Assembly (NCBI GenBank): GCA_038087875.1
Contig: JAXLNO010000576.1
Coordinates: 1 to 62,297, forward strand
Reading direction: 5' to 3'
DNA from: Malacoraja senta
Lineage: Eukaryota
Length of the DNA: 62,297 bases
The position numbers were made by a program, and so were the translations under genes. Shown here piece by piece: positions 22,531-34,800 of the stretch (positions within the stretch are counted from its first letter, which is position 1; every line of letters begins with the position of its first letter). The notes beneath the pieces were generated by a model that saw only the letters and a program-made list of their open reading frames with translations, was not told the origin of the DNA and made no database searches.

Positions 22531-25500
22531 GATATTGTGGTTATTAATTTATTGAATTTTTACTTGTTATACATTATCTCTTAGTATTGTGTTTACAGGC
22601 CTGCCATGCTGTTCCTATTAGGAATTCCGTAAGCAGTACATATGACAATGAAACACTCTTGACTCTTGAGGAGGAGCTCACCAGTGCCTTGCTTGCCATC
22701 CCAACTGCACTTTGACTAAAGACAAAGTTACAAAACATTATTACAAAAACAAAGGAGTCAAAGCCTCAACACTTACCATCAAACACAGCAATCCACCTCA
22801 AAACACAGCCTCTCTCAAGGCACCCATTCCGATATACTTTCACTTCTTATCGACTCCTTTGACTCTCAATGAGTCAATTAAATGGCACCTTTTTAATCCT
22901 TGCTGCTGGTGCTCTGCTCTGCCTCCTAGCTGGAATAATAAAGACTTTATACTTGCAGATTTCCTTTAAATGAAAAGTTTTTTGCTACCTTCGGAACCCT
23001 GCTTTGACGGCAGAGGGTAGCAAAACAATTGAATTAAGCTTTCAAGCATTTTCCAAGCAACATATTTGAGATTGTTTTCAATTGAAAAAAAGATGAAAAC
23101 TATCTACCCTATCTCTGCCTTGCATAATTTTATATACTGCTATCAGGTTCCCATTCTACGGATACCTGAGTGTTTCTCCATTTATTGTCTAGACCATAAG
23201 GAATCTTCAGACAAGTGGAAAGGTAGCAGCATCTTCTTTTTGGTCAATACTTTATGGTGCGCTGATGTGTGGTCGTAGCTCAATTCTGCTCCCCAGAACT
23301 GTTATATCTATGTATAAAATGCCATCCATTTTATCCATGTTGGAAATTCACCTCAACCATCTATGGTCCACATATCATCCCAAGCCAACATCAAGGTGAC
23401 GATGGATGAATTATATTCCGTGTCAACTCTCTTGAATTAACAAACTGATGCCCCCGTCATCCTCCCTCGCGACTTCAATCAAGCTAACTTTAGGAATGCG
23501 CTCCATAAATATCATCAGCACATCCCCGACCCCATGTGGGATGTTAATACTCTTGACCACTACTACACCACCGCCAAGTACACATATCACGCCAATCTTC
23601 ACCCTCATTTTGACCTCTTTGATTATCTGTCGGCACTGCTCCCACTGGCTAGTAGACGGAAACTGAAGCGATGTACCAACAAATAGAATAATGAGGAGGT
23701 GTGGGGTCTACCTCAGGACTGCTTGGAGTCAGTGGTCTGGAACATGTTCAAGATCACGTCATCCAGCTTTAGTGAGTATGCCTCAGTTGTCATCGATTTC
23801 TTCAAGTAATGCTGTTGGGATACATCGCAGTCTGGTTTTCTCTTGACTGCTGAAATCTATGAATCTGAGAGTGGTGAACACAGCCCAGTCCATCGCGTGT
23901 TCGATACCATTCCACATCTTCACAGTATGTTTCATCAGGAAAACTGGAAGATCGTTAAAAATGCCTGTTATCCTTGCCATTCCCTTCCCTTTCTTATACC
24001 TTCTGGGAGAAGATACAGTAGCTTGAAAGCTTGGAAATGCAGACTTATGAACAGCTTCTCCCCCACTGCAATCTGACTCCTGGACCAATCACTTCTTTCA
24101 CACTCCATGTGCACAACGACCTCTGGCTGTTCACCCTTCCTCTTGAGAGATGCATGGCCCTGGCACCAGAGAGGTAACACATCATCCTGGAGTCCTGTTT
24201 GAGGCCACAGAATCATCTCTCTGTTTGATCCCTAACTATAGAGTCTCCTATCACTATAGCACTGTCTGACTTTCCCTACCCCCACTGTGCCTCAGAGCCA
24301 GACCTGGTGTTACCAGGTTCAAGTATAGCTTCTTCCCAACAACCATCAGTTGCACTAAGAACTTTGGGCATTTGCCTGTACTCGCTGGAGTTTAGAAGAA
24401 TGAGGGAGGACAGAAACATATCGAATTGTAAAAGGCTTGGATCGAGTGGATGTGGAGAGGATGTTTCCACTAGTGGGAGAGTCTAGTACTAGAGGTCATA
24501 GCCTCAGAATTAAAGGGCATTCTTTTAGGAAGAAGATGAGGAGAAATTTATTTAGTCAGAGGGTGGCGAATGTGTGGAATTCTTTGCCACAGAAGGCAGT
24601 GGAGGCCAAGTCAGTGAATATTTTTAAGGCAGAGATACCTGTAGATAGATTCTTGATTAGTACAGGTGTCATAGGTTATGGGGAGAAGGCAGGAGAATGG
24701 GGTTAGGAGAGAGAGATAGATGAGCCATGATTGAATGGCAGAGTAGACTTGATGGGCCGAATGGCCTAATTCTAATCCTATCAGTTATGACCTTATGATA
24801 TTGTGGTTATTCATTTATTGAATTTTTACTTGTTATACATTATCTTAGTATTGTGTTTACAGGCCTGCCATGCTGTTCCTATTAGGAATTCCGTAAGCAG
24901 TACATATGACAATGAAACACTCTTGACTCTTGAGGAGGAGCTCACCAGTGCCTTGCTTGCCATCCCAACTGCACTTTGACTAAAGACAAAGTTGCAAAAC
25001 ATTATTACAAAAACAAAGTTAAAAACATTATCTTATCTTGCCGAAGCCTCAGGAGTCAAAGCCTCAACACTTACCATCAAACACAGCAATCCACCTCAAA
25101 ACACAGCCTCTCTCAAGGCACCCATTCCGATATACTTTCACTTCTTCTCGACTCCTTTGACTCTCAATGAGTCAATTAAATGACACCTTTTTAATCCTTG
25201 CTGCTGGTGCTCTGCTCTGCCTCCTAGCTGGAATAATAAAGACTTTATACTTGCAGATTTCCTTTGAATGAAAAGTTTTTTGCTACCTTTGGAACCCTGC
25301 TTTGACGGCAGAGGGTAGCAAAACAATTTTATTTCATTTTCAAGCATCCAGTTCTCATTTTCAAACATCCATAATACAGGATACTTTTCAGCAAGTTCTT
25401 TTCCACAGTTTCCTTTAATCTTATTTTTGATCTGGCGAGCATGCATATGAAAACGTTTTTTTATAGAGACATAGTGTCATATGATGTTGAAACAGACCCT

Positions 25501-25982
25501 TTGGCCTAAATCCCTCTAAACCTATCCTACCCATGCATCTGACCGAATGTTTCTTCAACGTTGTGATAGTACCTTCCTCAACAACTTCCTCTGGCAGCTT
25601 ATTGCAGACACCTACCACCCTTTGTGTAAACACTTTGCCCCTCCAGATCCTCCATTAACCATTCCTCAGCCCACCAACAACTGCAAAAACCTGCAAAAGA
25701 TTAGCAAGATCCGGCTGCAATTTCTGACAACCATCTTTGCAATCTAAAATGCATTTAGTGTCATCTGAAAGCTTACTAAGCATGCCGTGTACATTCTCAT
25801 CCAAATCATTGATATAGTTGACAAACAGCAATGGGCCCAGCACCAAACTCTGGGGCACACCACTAGCCGGCCTCCAGTCTGAAAAACAAACTTCCACCAT
25901 CACCCTGTGCTTCCTTCCATGAAGATAATCTTCTATCCAGTTGGCTAGTTCTCCTTGCTTCCCATGCGGTCTAACCTTCCAC

Positions 25983-26840
25983 ATCTGCGCCAGGTGCATC
26001 GAGATGGGGCTCCTAAGAGACCGTATTAGGAACCTGGAGCAGCAGCTCGATGACCTCCGTCTGGTCAGGGAGAGCGAGGAAGTCATTGAGAGGAGTTACA
26101 GGGAGGTGGTCACTCCAAGACCACAGGAGGCAGGCAAGTGGGTCACGGTTGGGAGAGGCAAGGGGCACAGGCAGGGACTAGAGAGTACCCCGGTGGCTGT
26201 ACACCTTGACAATAAGTACTCCTGTTTGAGTACTGTTGGGGGGGACAGCCTACCTGGGGGTAGCGACAGCGGCCGGGCCTCCGGTACAGAGACCGGTCCT
26301 GTTGCTCAGAAGGGTAAGGAAAAGAAGAGGAGGACATTAGTAATACGGGACTCTATAGTTAGGGGGTCAGACAGGCGATTCTGTGGACGCAGTCGGGAGA
26401 CCCGGATGGTAGTTTGCCTCCCTGGTGCCAGGGTCTGTGATGTGTCTCAACGTGTCCAAGATATCCTGAAAGGGCAGGGAGAGGAGCCCGAGGTCGTGGT
26501 ACATATAGGTACCAATGACATAGGTAAAAAAAGAGAAGAGGTCCTGAAAGGAGAATTTAGGGAGTTAGGAGGGGAGTTAAGGAGAAGGACAGCAAAGGTA
26601 ACAGTCTCTGGATTACTGCCTGTGCCACGCGACAGTGAGAGTAGGAATGGAGTGAGGTGGAGGATAAATGCGTGGCTGAAGGACTGGTGCAGAGGGCAGG
26701 GATTCAAATTTCTGGATCATTGGGACCTCTTTTGTGGAAGGTGCGACCTGTACAAAAAGGATGGGTTGCACTTGAACCTGAGGGGGACCAATATCCTGGC
26801 GGGGAGATTTGCAAAGGCCACTGGGGAGACTTTAAACTAG
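25983..26840 (+). CDS. CR1 ORF1p (partial): Cys motif, coiled coil, SGNH/GDSL esterase-like domain
   Basis: CARC + LRDRIRNLEQQLDDL; IRDS (GDS motif with G>R), CLPGA, VHIGTND, DGLHL. N-terminus missing. Confidence 0.85.
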   Translation: MCARCIEMGLLRDRIRNLEQQLDDLRLVRESEEVIERSYREVVTPRPQEAGKWVTVGRGKGHRQGLESTPVAVHLDNKYSCLSTVGGDSLPGGSDSGRASGTETGPVAQKGKEKKRRTLVIRDSIVRGSDRRFCGRSRETRMVVCLPGARVCDVSQRVQDILKGQGEEPEVVVHIGTNDIGKKREEVLKGEFRELGGELRRRTAKVTVSGLLPVPRDSESRNGVRWRINAWLKDWCRGQGFKFLDHWDLFCGRCDLYKKDGLHLNLRGTNILAGRFAKATGETLN

Positions 26841-27019
26841 AACGGTTGGGGGGAGGGACTCAAATAGAGAAAGCTATTAGACAGTGTGTGAGGCAGGAGG
26901 CAGAGAAGGAAAGCACTCAGACCCAACATGTAGGGGGGAAAGAAGAAAACAATAATAAACAGAGAATAAGAGGTGGTGGGGTTCTTAAATGGGTGAGCAG
27001 AGAAACAGAGGGGTGTAAA

Positions 27020-29935
27020 ATGCGGGCGGAAGCAATAGGTAGCAAGGTGAAAAGTAAAAGTGGCAGGCAGACAAATCCAGGGCAAAAATCAAAAAGGGCC
27101 ACTTTTCAACATAATTGTAAAAGGGGTAAGAGCGTTGTAAAAACAAGCCTGAAGGCTTTGTGTCTCAATGCAAGGAGCATCCGTTATAAGGTGGATGAGT
27201 TGAACGTGCAGATAGCTATTAATGATTATGATATAGTTGGGATCACGGAGACATGGCTCCAGGGTGACCAAGGCTGGGAGCTGAACATCCAGGGATATTC
27301 AATATTCAGGAGGGATAGAGAAAAAGGAAAAGGAGGTGGGGTAGCGTTGCTGGTTAGAGAGGAGATTAACGCAGTGGAAAGGAAGGACATTAGCTTGGAG
27401 GATGTGGAATCGGTATGGGTAGAGCTGCGAAACACTAAGGGGCAGAAAATGCTGGTGGGTGTTGTGTACAGGCCACCTAACAGTAGTAGTGAAGTTGGGG
27501 ATGGCATCAAACAGGAAATTAGAAATGCGTGCAACAAAGGCAAAACAGTTATAATGGGTGACTTCAATCTACATATAGATTGGGTGAATCAAATTGGCAG
27601 GGGTGCTGAGGAAGAGGATTTCTTGGAATGTATGCGGGATAGTTATCTAAACTAACATGTAGAGGAACCAACGAAAGAGCAGGCTATTCTAGACTGGGTA
27701 TTGAGTAATGAGGAAGGGTTAGTTAACAGTCTTGTTGTGCGTGCCCCCTTGGGCAAGAGTGACCATAATATGGTTGAGTTCTTCATTAGGATGGAGAGTG
27801 ACATTGTTAATTCAGAAACAATGGTTCTGAACTTAAAGAAAGGTAACTTTGAGGGTATGAGACGTGAATTGGCCAAGATTGACTGGCAATTAGTTCTAAA
27901 AGGGTTGACGGTGGATATGCAATGGAAGGCATTTAAAGACTGCATGGATGAACTACAAAAATTGTTCATCCCAGTTTGGCAAAAGAATAAATCAGGGAAG
28001 TTAGTGCATCCGTGGATAACAAGGGAAATCAGGGATAGTATCAAAGCAAAAGATGATGCGTACAAATTTGCCAGAAAGAGCAGCATACCAGAGGACTGGG
28101 AGAAATTCAGAGACCAGCAGAGGAGGACAAAGGGCTTAATTAGGAAAGGGAAAATAGATTATGAAAGAAAACTGGCAGGGAACATAAAAACTGACTGCAA
28201 AAGTTTTTATAGATATGTGAAGAGAAAGAGATTAGTTAAAACAAATGTAGGTCCCTTGCAGTCAGAAACAGGTGAATTGATCATGGGGAACAAGGATATG
28301 GCGGACCAATTGAATAACTACTTTGGTTCCGTCTTCACTAAGGAAGACATAAATAATCTGCCGGAAATAGCAGGGGACCGCGGGTCAAAGGAGATGGAGG
28401 AACTGAGTGAAATCCAGGTTCGTCGGGAAGTGGTGTTGGGTAAATTGAATGGATTAAAGGCCGATAAATCACCCGGGCCAGATAGGCTGCATCCCAGAGT
28501 ACGTAAGGAAGTAGCTCCAGAAATAGGGGATGCATTAGTGATAATTTTTCAAAACTCTTTAGATTCTGGAGTAGTTCCTGAGGATTGGAGGGTAGCAAAC
28601 GTAACCCCACTTTTTAAGAAGGGAGGGAGAGAGAAAACGGGGAATTACAGACCAGTTAGTCTAACATCGGTAGTGGGGAAACTGCTAGAGTCAGTTATTA
28701 AAGATGGGATAGCAGCACATTTGGAAAGTGGTGAAATCATTGGACAAAGTCAGCATGGATTTACGAAAGGTAAATCATGTCTGACGAATCTTATAGAATT
28801 TTTCGAGGATGTAACTAGTAGAGTGGATAGGGGAGAACCAGTGGATGTGTTGTATCTGGACTTTCAGAAGGCTTTCGACAAGGTCCCACATAAGAGATTA
28901 ATATACAAACTTAAAGCACACGGTATTGGGGGTTCAGTAATGATGTGGATAGAGAACTGGCTGGCAAACAGGAAGCAAAGAGTAGGAGTAAACGGGTCCT
29001 TTTCACAATGGCAGGCAGTGACTAGTGGGGTACCGCAAGGCTCAGTGCTGGGACCCCAGCTATTTACAATTTATATCAATGAGCTGGATGAGGGAATTGA
29101 AGGCAACATCTCCAAGTTTGCGGATGACACTAAGCTGGGGGGCAGTGTCAGCTGTGAGGAGGATGCTAGGAGACTGCAAGGTGACTTGGATAGGCTGGGT
29201 GAGTGGGGAAATGTTTGGCAGATGCAGTATAATGTGGATAAATGTGAGGTTATCCACTTTGGTGGCAAAAACAGGAAAGCAGACTATTATCTAAATGGTG
29301 GCCGATTAGGAAATGGGGAGATGCAGCGAGACCTGGGTGTCATGGTACACCAGTCATTGAAAGTAGGCATGCAGGTGCAGCAGGCAGTGAAGAAAGCGAA
29401 TGGTATGTTAGCTTTCATAGCAAAAGGATTTGAGTATAGGAGCAGGGAGGTTCTACTGCAGTTGTACAGGGTCTTGGTGAGACCACACCTGGAGTATTGC
29501 GTACAGTTTTGGTCTCCAAATCTGAGGAAGGACATTATAGCCATAGAGGGAGTGCAGAGAAGGTTCACCAGACTGATTCCTGGGATGTCAGGACTTTCAT
29601 ATGAAGAAAGACTGGATAGACTTGGCTTATACTCGCTAGAATTTAGGAGATTGAGAGGGGATCTTATAGACACTTACAAAATTCTTATGGGGTTGGACAG
29701 GCTAGATGCAGGAAGATTGTTCCCGATGTTGGGGAAGTCCAGGACAAGGGGGAAATCCTTTAAGACCGAGATGAGAAAAAACATTTTCACACAGAGAGTG
29801 GTGAATCTCTGGAACTCTCTGCCACAGAGGGTAGTTGAGGCCAGTTCATTGGCTATATTTAAGAGGGAGTTAGATGTGGCCCTTGTGGCTAAAGGGATCA
29901 GAGGGTATGGAGAGAAGGCAGGTACGGGATACTGA
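27020..29935 (+). pseudogene. CR1 ORF2 (APE endonuclease + reverse transcriptase) with one nonsense codon
   Basis: CLNARSI, GITETW, YRPP, GDFN, SDHN; GVPQGSVLGP, FADD. In-frame TAA at 27653-27655 and a 21-bp in-frame deletion near 29748. Confidence 0.92.
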
Positions 29936-30454
29936 GTTGGATGATCAGCCATGATCATATTGAATGGCGGTGCAGGCTCAAATGGCCGAATGGCCTACTC
30001 CTGCACCTATTTTCTATGTATCTATTTATCTATGTAAGATCTAACCATCTAATCATGCGGAACGGTATCAAATGCCTTGCTGTAGTCCATATAGACAACA
30101 TTTATTGCTTTGTCCACATCAACCATTTTTGGTTACTTCTTCAAAAATAGTCGAACAGATTTGTAAGACACGAGCTACCTCATACATAGCCATGCTGCCT
30201 ATCTCTAATCTGCCCCAGTCCATCTAAATGCATCTATATCTAGGCGCAACTTTGCTGAAGATTGGGTGCTGCATGTAGGTTTCTTATCATAATGCATAAA
30301 GTCCCAGCGCATCAGCCCTAATCCAGTTTTATGTTCTTCAGTTAAATGTCTATCAAATTTTTATCTGCAGTAAGAAAATTGATGCAATATATAGACCCTT
30401 TTTTACAATTACAGATTAAACAGACAATCAGACATTCTTATACCGTTAATTAAT

Positions 30455-31120
30455 TTAATTTAGTTTAGAGATACAGCATGGAAACAGGCTCTTTGCCTCA
30501 CCCTGTCCAGGCCAACCATCGATCACCCATTCATACCAGTTCTATATTATCCCACTTTCACACCTACTCCCTACACACAAGGGGGCAATTTACAGACGAC
30601 AATTAACCTACAAACATGAATGTCTAGGATGTGGGAGGAAACCCACACAGTCAGGGAGAACATGCAAGCTCCACCCAGACAGCATCCCATCTCAGGATCG
30701 AACCCAGGTCCCTGGCGCTGTGAGGTGGCAGCTCTACCAACCTGGAAAAATGGCAACACCAACAACGGAGAGGTCATCACAGACCCCACAGTGAAACCAC
30801 TGGGTTTTGACCTCCATCGCAAGCAATGGCTAACCCTGAACAGAATCCGCACCCTCCATGCAAGAACAGCCCATCACCTGCATAAGTGGGCAATGACAGA
30901 CAGCCCTGCTTGTGACTGCGGACATCCAGACCAGACCTTCCCACACATCATGAATGACTGCGCACTGAGGCTTTTCCCTGGTGGCATCAAAGCCATCCAC
31001 CCAGTAACTGATGCTGTCCTGGCCTGGATGTCTACCCTTGATCTACAACTTTAGGCTGTGCACGCCATACACAAGAAGAAGAAGAAAAAGGAGAAGAAGA
31101 CCAGCTGTCCTGCCCCTATC
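30455..31120 (-). mobile_element. HE1-type SINE interrupted by a Vingi fragment
   Basis: SINE tail and body at 30455-30739; head resumes near 31100. Confidence 0.75.
30740..31099 (+). mobile_element. Vingi (Ingi-related) LINE 3' fragment
   Basis: GFDLHRKQWLTLNRIRT...HKW..DSPACDCG...QT..HI...C, stop at 31054, very short UTR ending GCCATACACAA(GAA)n; ACCA at both flanks. Confidence 0.75.
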
Positions 31121-31887
31121 TGCCATGGTGCTGAGAATAACACATAAGTGGCAAATCTCAGTGGATTTAGAGCAGTAAATGTATTGTTCAGTGTGCCTGA
31201 TGTGAAGTATCCTTCAGGAAACAAAATGCCAGGGAGCAGGTCAATTTAATGGTCATTTGGTCCATTCCAGAGCTGCTTCCTGGGCAACTCTGGATCAGAT
31301 TGCAGTTGATAATGTCTGACTGCCACTTGAAGCAATTATTACTGCATTAATGCTTGTCCAGATCTATCTACAGCATTTGACGTACTGTGGCAGTTCTGTC
31401 ATAGAAACATAGAAATATAGAAGCATAGAAAATAGGTGCAGGAGGAGGCCGTTTGGCCCTTTGAGCCAGCACCACCATTCATTGTGATCATGGCTGATCC
31501 TCCTCAATCAGTAACCCGTGCCTGCCTTCTCCCCATATCCCTTGATTCCGCTAACTCTCTAGAGCTCTATCTAAAGCCCCTGTCCCACTTACGTGTCCTT
31601 GGCACGCTAATTTTCTTGGCCCCGCTCTTTTTTTTAAATTTTTTTATTTTTTATTTTTTTTACCGTAAATGTTTTTTTATTAGATTTTTAACCAAATGTA
31701 CAATTTACAAGGAAGGGTAGAAAGCTCACACAATTTAAAAAACATTTACACAAAACTATCAAATTAAAACATTAACATTTTTATCTATAATATATTCAAC
31801 CTCCTGCGGTGACCAGCGTTCACAGAAGACCTCCACAGTCCCCGTGGACACCGCGTGATCCCTCTCTAGGGACACGCGGGCACGGAC

Positions 31888-34800
31888 TTAACCCCGGAAA
31901 AGGGGCAGGCAGCCGACCGCTGTGCGGCCATCGACCGCCCGCTGCCTGGACTCGCGAATGGCCATCTTGGCCAGGCCCAGGAGCAGTCCGACAGGGAGAC
32001 CCCCTCCTCCCTCCCGACCCTCCCCCCCCTGTAATAGCGTTGGACTAAAATGTAGCCAAAACTTGAGGAGCAGCCCTTTCAGATACTCGAACAGGGGCTG
32101 CAACCTCTCGCACTCTATATACACGTGGAACACGGTCTCTTCCTCACCGCAGAAATGACACGCAGGGGAAGAGTCCGTGAACCGGCTCAAGTACCTATTA
32201 CAGGCCACGGCTTTGTGCAAAACTCTCCATCCCAGGTCCCCGATGTAAAGGGGGAGGACTCCCTTGTAGAGAGACCTCCACTGGGGACCGCTCCCCTCGT
32301 CAGGTGGTAACACGGACCGCCAGGGTGTGTCTGGACGGAAGATGAGAGTGAGGAAGTGGAGAGTGTGCAAGAGCAGCCTGTACATTACACGCCTCTCCGC
32401 GCCACGGAATGGCACACTGGGCATCTCAGAAAGGCGGCTCATGTTGCATGGGGCCGGCTCTCGGGGAGGGTCCCGGGCCATGGGCCCTATGAACAATTCC
32501 GCCTGAGCGGGGGTAAGCTCATCCGGAATCGCTCCATGCACACGCCTCTCCTCGACACCCCCCGTCACAGCCACGACACCCCCCTCCCCCTGAGGAGCAG
32601 GGCCCTGGCTGAAGGTGACCAAATTCCTGGCCTTCAGGAGTTCACGGTAAAAGCCAGGCAACTCCCGCCTAGCGCGTCGACTCATGCCCACTACCGGGAG
32701 CCGGGAGCCCTCTTGAAGGCACCGCCCCTGACGGAAAAAGTACGTCGCCAGCACGTGCCATTTAGGAGGGTAGTCCGAGTAGACATACCTCCGCAGGGTC
32801 CTGAGTCGGAGAGCCGCCACCTGGGTACGAATACAGACCAGCGCCTGACCACCCTCCTCCAACGGGAGACTGAGAACCCCAGCAGAGACCCAGTGGTTCC
32901 TCTCCCCCCAGAAGAAGTTGACCAATCTCCTCTGTAACATGGTTATAAAATAAGAGGATGGGACCATAGTGGCCATCCGGTACCACAGCAGAGAGGCCAC
33001 CAGCTGGTTTATAACTACAGCCCTGCCCCGGTAAGAGAGCACACCAAGTAGGCCTGACCAACGTCCCAGCCGGGCGACCACTTTCGCCTCCAGCTCCTGC
33101 CAGTTCGCCGGCCACCCCTCCTCAGCGGGACTCGGGTAGACCCCCAGATAGAGGAGGTGCGTGGTACTCCACGCAAAACCTGCCATCTCCTCCGGCAGGG
33201 AGTCCACCTGCCACCCACCCATCAAGAGACCAGAACACTTCCCCCAGTTGATCCTGGCGGAAGATGCAGCCGAGAAAACCTGCTGGCACTCACGCATCCT
33301 CCGCAGGTCAACATGGTCGGTGAACATCAGAAGGACATCATCGGCGTAGGCCGAGAGAACCACCTCCATCCCCGGCCCCGGTAAAGCCAGGCCTGTCAAC
33401 CGCCTCCGGAGAAGGCACAGGAAAGGCTCGACACAGATGGAATACAGCTGGCCGGACATGGGACATCCCTGAAGAACCCCCCTCCCAAAGGGAATGGGGG
33501 CCAACAAAGAGCCGTTGACCTTAACAAGGCATTCTGCAGCAGTATATAACAGTCGGACCCAGGCCACAAAATGCGTTCCAAATCCGAACACCTGCAGAGT
33601 CCCAAGAAGGTAGTCGTGCTCCACCCTGTCAAATGCCTTCTCCTGGTCGAGGGAGAGAAAGGCGATCGACTGACCAGCCCCCTGGGACAGATGGATCAGG
33701 TCCCGGAGCAGATGGATATTGTCCTGGATGGACCGGCCCGGGACTGTGTATGACTGGTCAGGGTGGATCACCTGGGACAGCACGGGACCCAGGCGATTCG
33801 CCAATGCCCGTGCAAAGACTTTATAGTCCGTGCTGAGGAGAGAGACCGGGCGCCAGTTCTTCAAAAGGCGAAGATCACCCTTCTTGGGCAGCAGGACAAC
33901 AACTGCCCTGCGCCAAGAGAAAGGCATCTCCCCGGTCGCCAGGCTCTCCCCCAGGACCTTCATATAGTCGCCCCCCAGGACATCCCAGAAGGCTCTAAGG
34001 TACTCCACAGTCAGCCCATCCAGCCCTGGAGACTTGCCCCTCCTGAGCTGGTGCAGGGCAACAGTCAACTCCTCCAGAGTTAGGGGATCATCCAGGTGTT
34101 CAGCCACATCATTGCACACAGCGGGTAAGCCCTCCCACAGGACTTCTTTCGCCTCCCCACTCGATGTGCCAGCCGAGAACAGAGTCCTGTAGAACGACCG
34201 AACTGAGGCACCAATGCTCTCTGGATCTGTGACAGAGGAGCCATCATCCGCAAGCAACTCTACAAGCTGCCTGCGGGCTCCTCGCCCCTTCTCCAGAGAA
34301 AAGAAAAAGGGGGAGGCGCGGTCCAGGTCGTGCAACATCTGGACCCGCGACCTCACATACGCACCCCGGGACCTCCTAAGCTGCAAGTCCCTCAGTGCTC
34401 CCTTCTTCTCCTGGTATTCCTCCCACTCACACGAAGCCCCACCAGTCTGATCCAGACGAGCCTCCGAGTCGAGCAACTCTCTCTCAAGCCGTCCGATCTC
34501 GGATTCCCGCCCCTTGGTCGACCCCCTCGCATAGTCCTGGCAAAACTGACGGACGTAGACCTTCCCCACGTCCCACCACTGCCTTAGGGAAAGGAAACGC
34601 CCCTGCCTCTCTCTCCACCTCGCCCAGAACTGCCTGAATGAATCCCGGAATCGGCAATCCTCCAACAGCTGGCTATTAAAATGCCAGTACGCGGACCCTG
34701 CCCGTGTGTGCGCTGGGATAAAGTCCACTCGCACCAGGCAATGGTCTGAGCATGGCGCCGGCTGCATGGAGGCCGCCGAAACACAGGAGACATAGGCCTT

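Larger units (their letters stand above)
20773..25328. repeat. Tandem duplication of a ~2.26-kb unit (20773-23030 and 23036-25328)
   Basis: Constant 2263 offset (for example ORFs at 21185/23448 and 22174/24437); few substitutions; copy 2 has 34 extra bp at ~25019-25052; GAATT filler at the junction. Confidence 0.95.
25979..30035 (+). mobile_element. Near-full-length young CR1 LINE, 5'-truncated within ORF1
   Basis: ORF1 + ORF2 + 3' UTR + (ctatgtat)-type tail. Confidence 0.95.
25480..30240 (-). mobile_element. Old antisense CR1 (25480-25978 and 30036-30240) split by the long CR1
   Basis: Minus-strand RT motifs (GVPQ..VLGPLLF..YINDLD) continue on the far side of the insertion. Confidence 0.75.

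Noticed and set aside
20773..25328. Pair of LTRs or duplicated genes
   Set aside because: No TG..CA ends, PBS or internal region; the duplicated ORFs are TE remnants.
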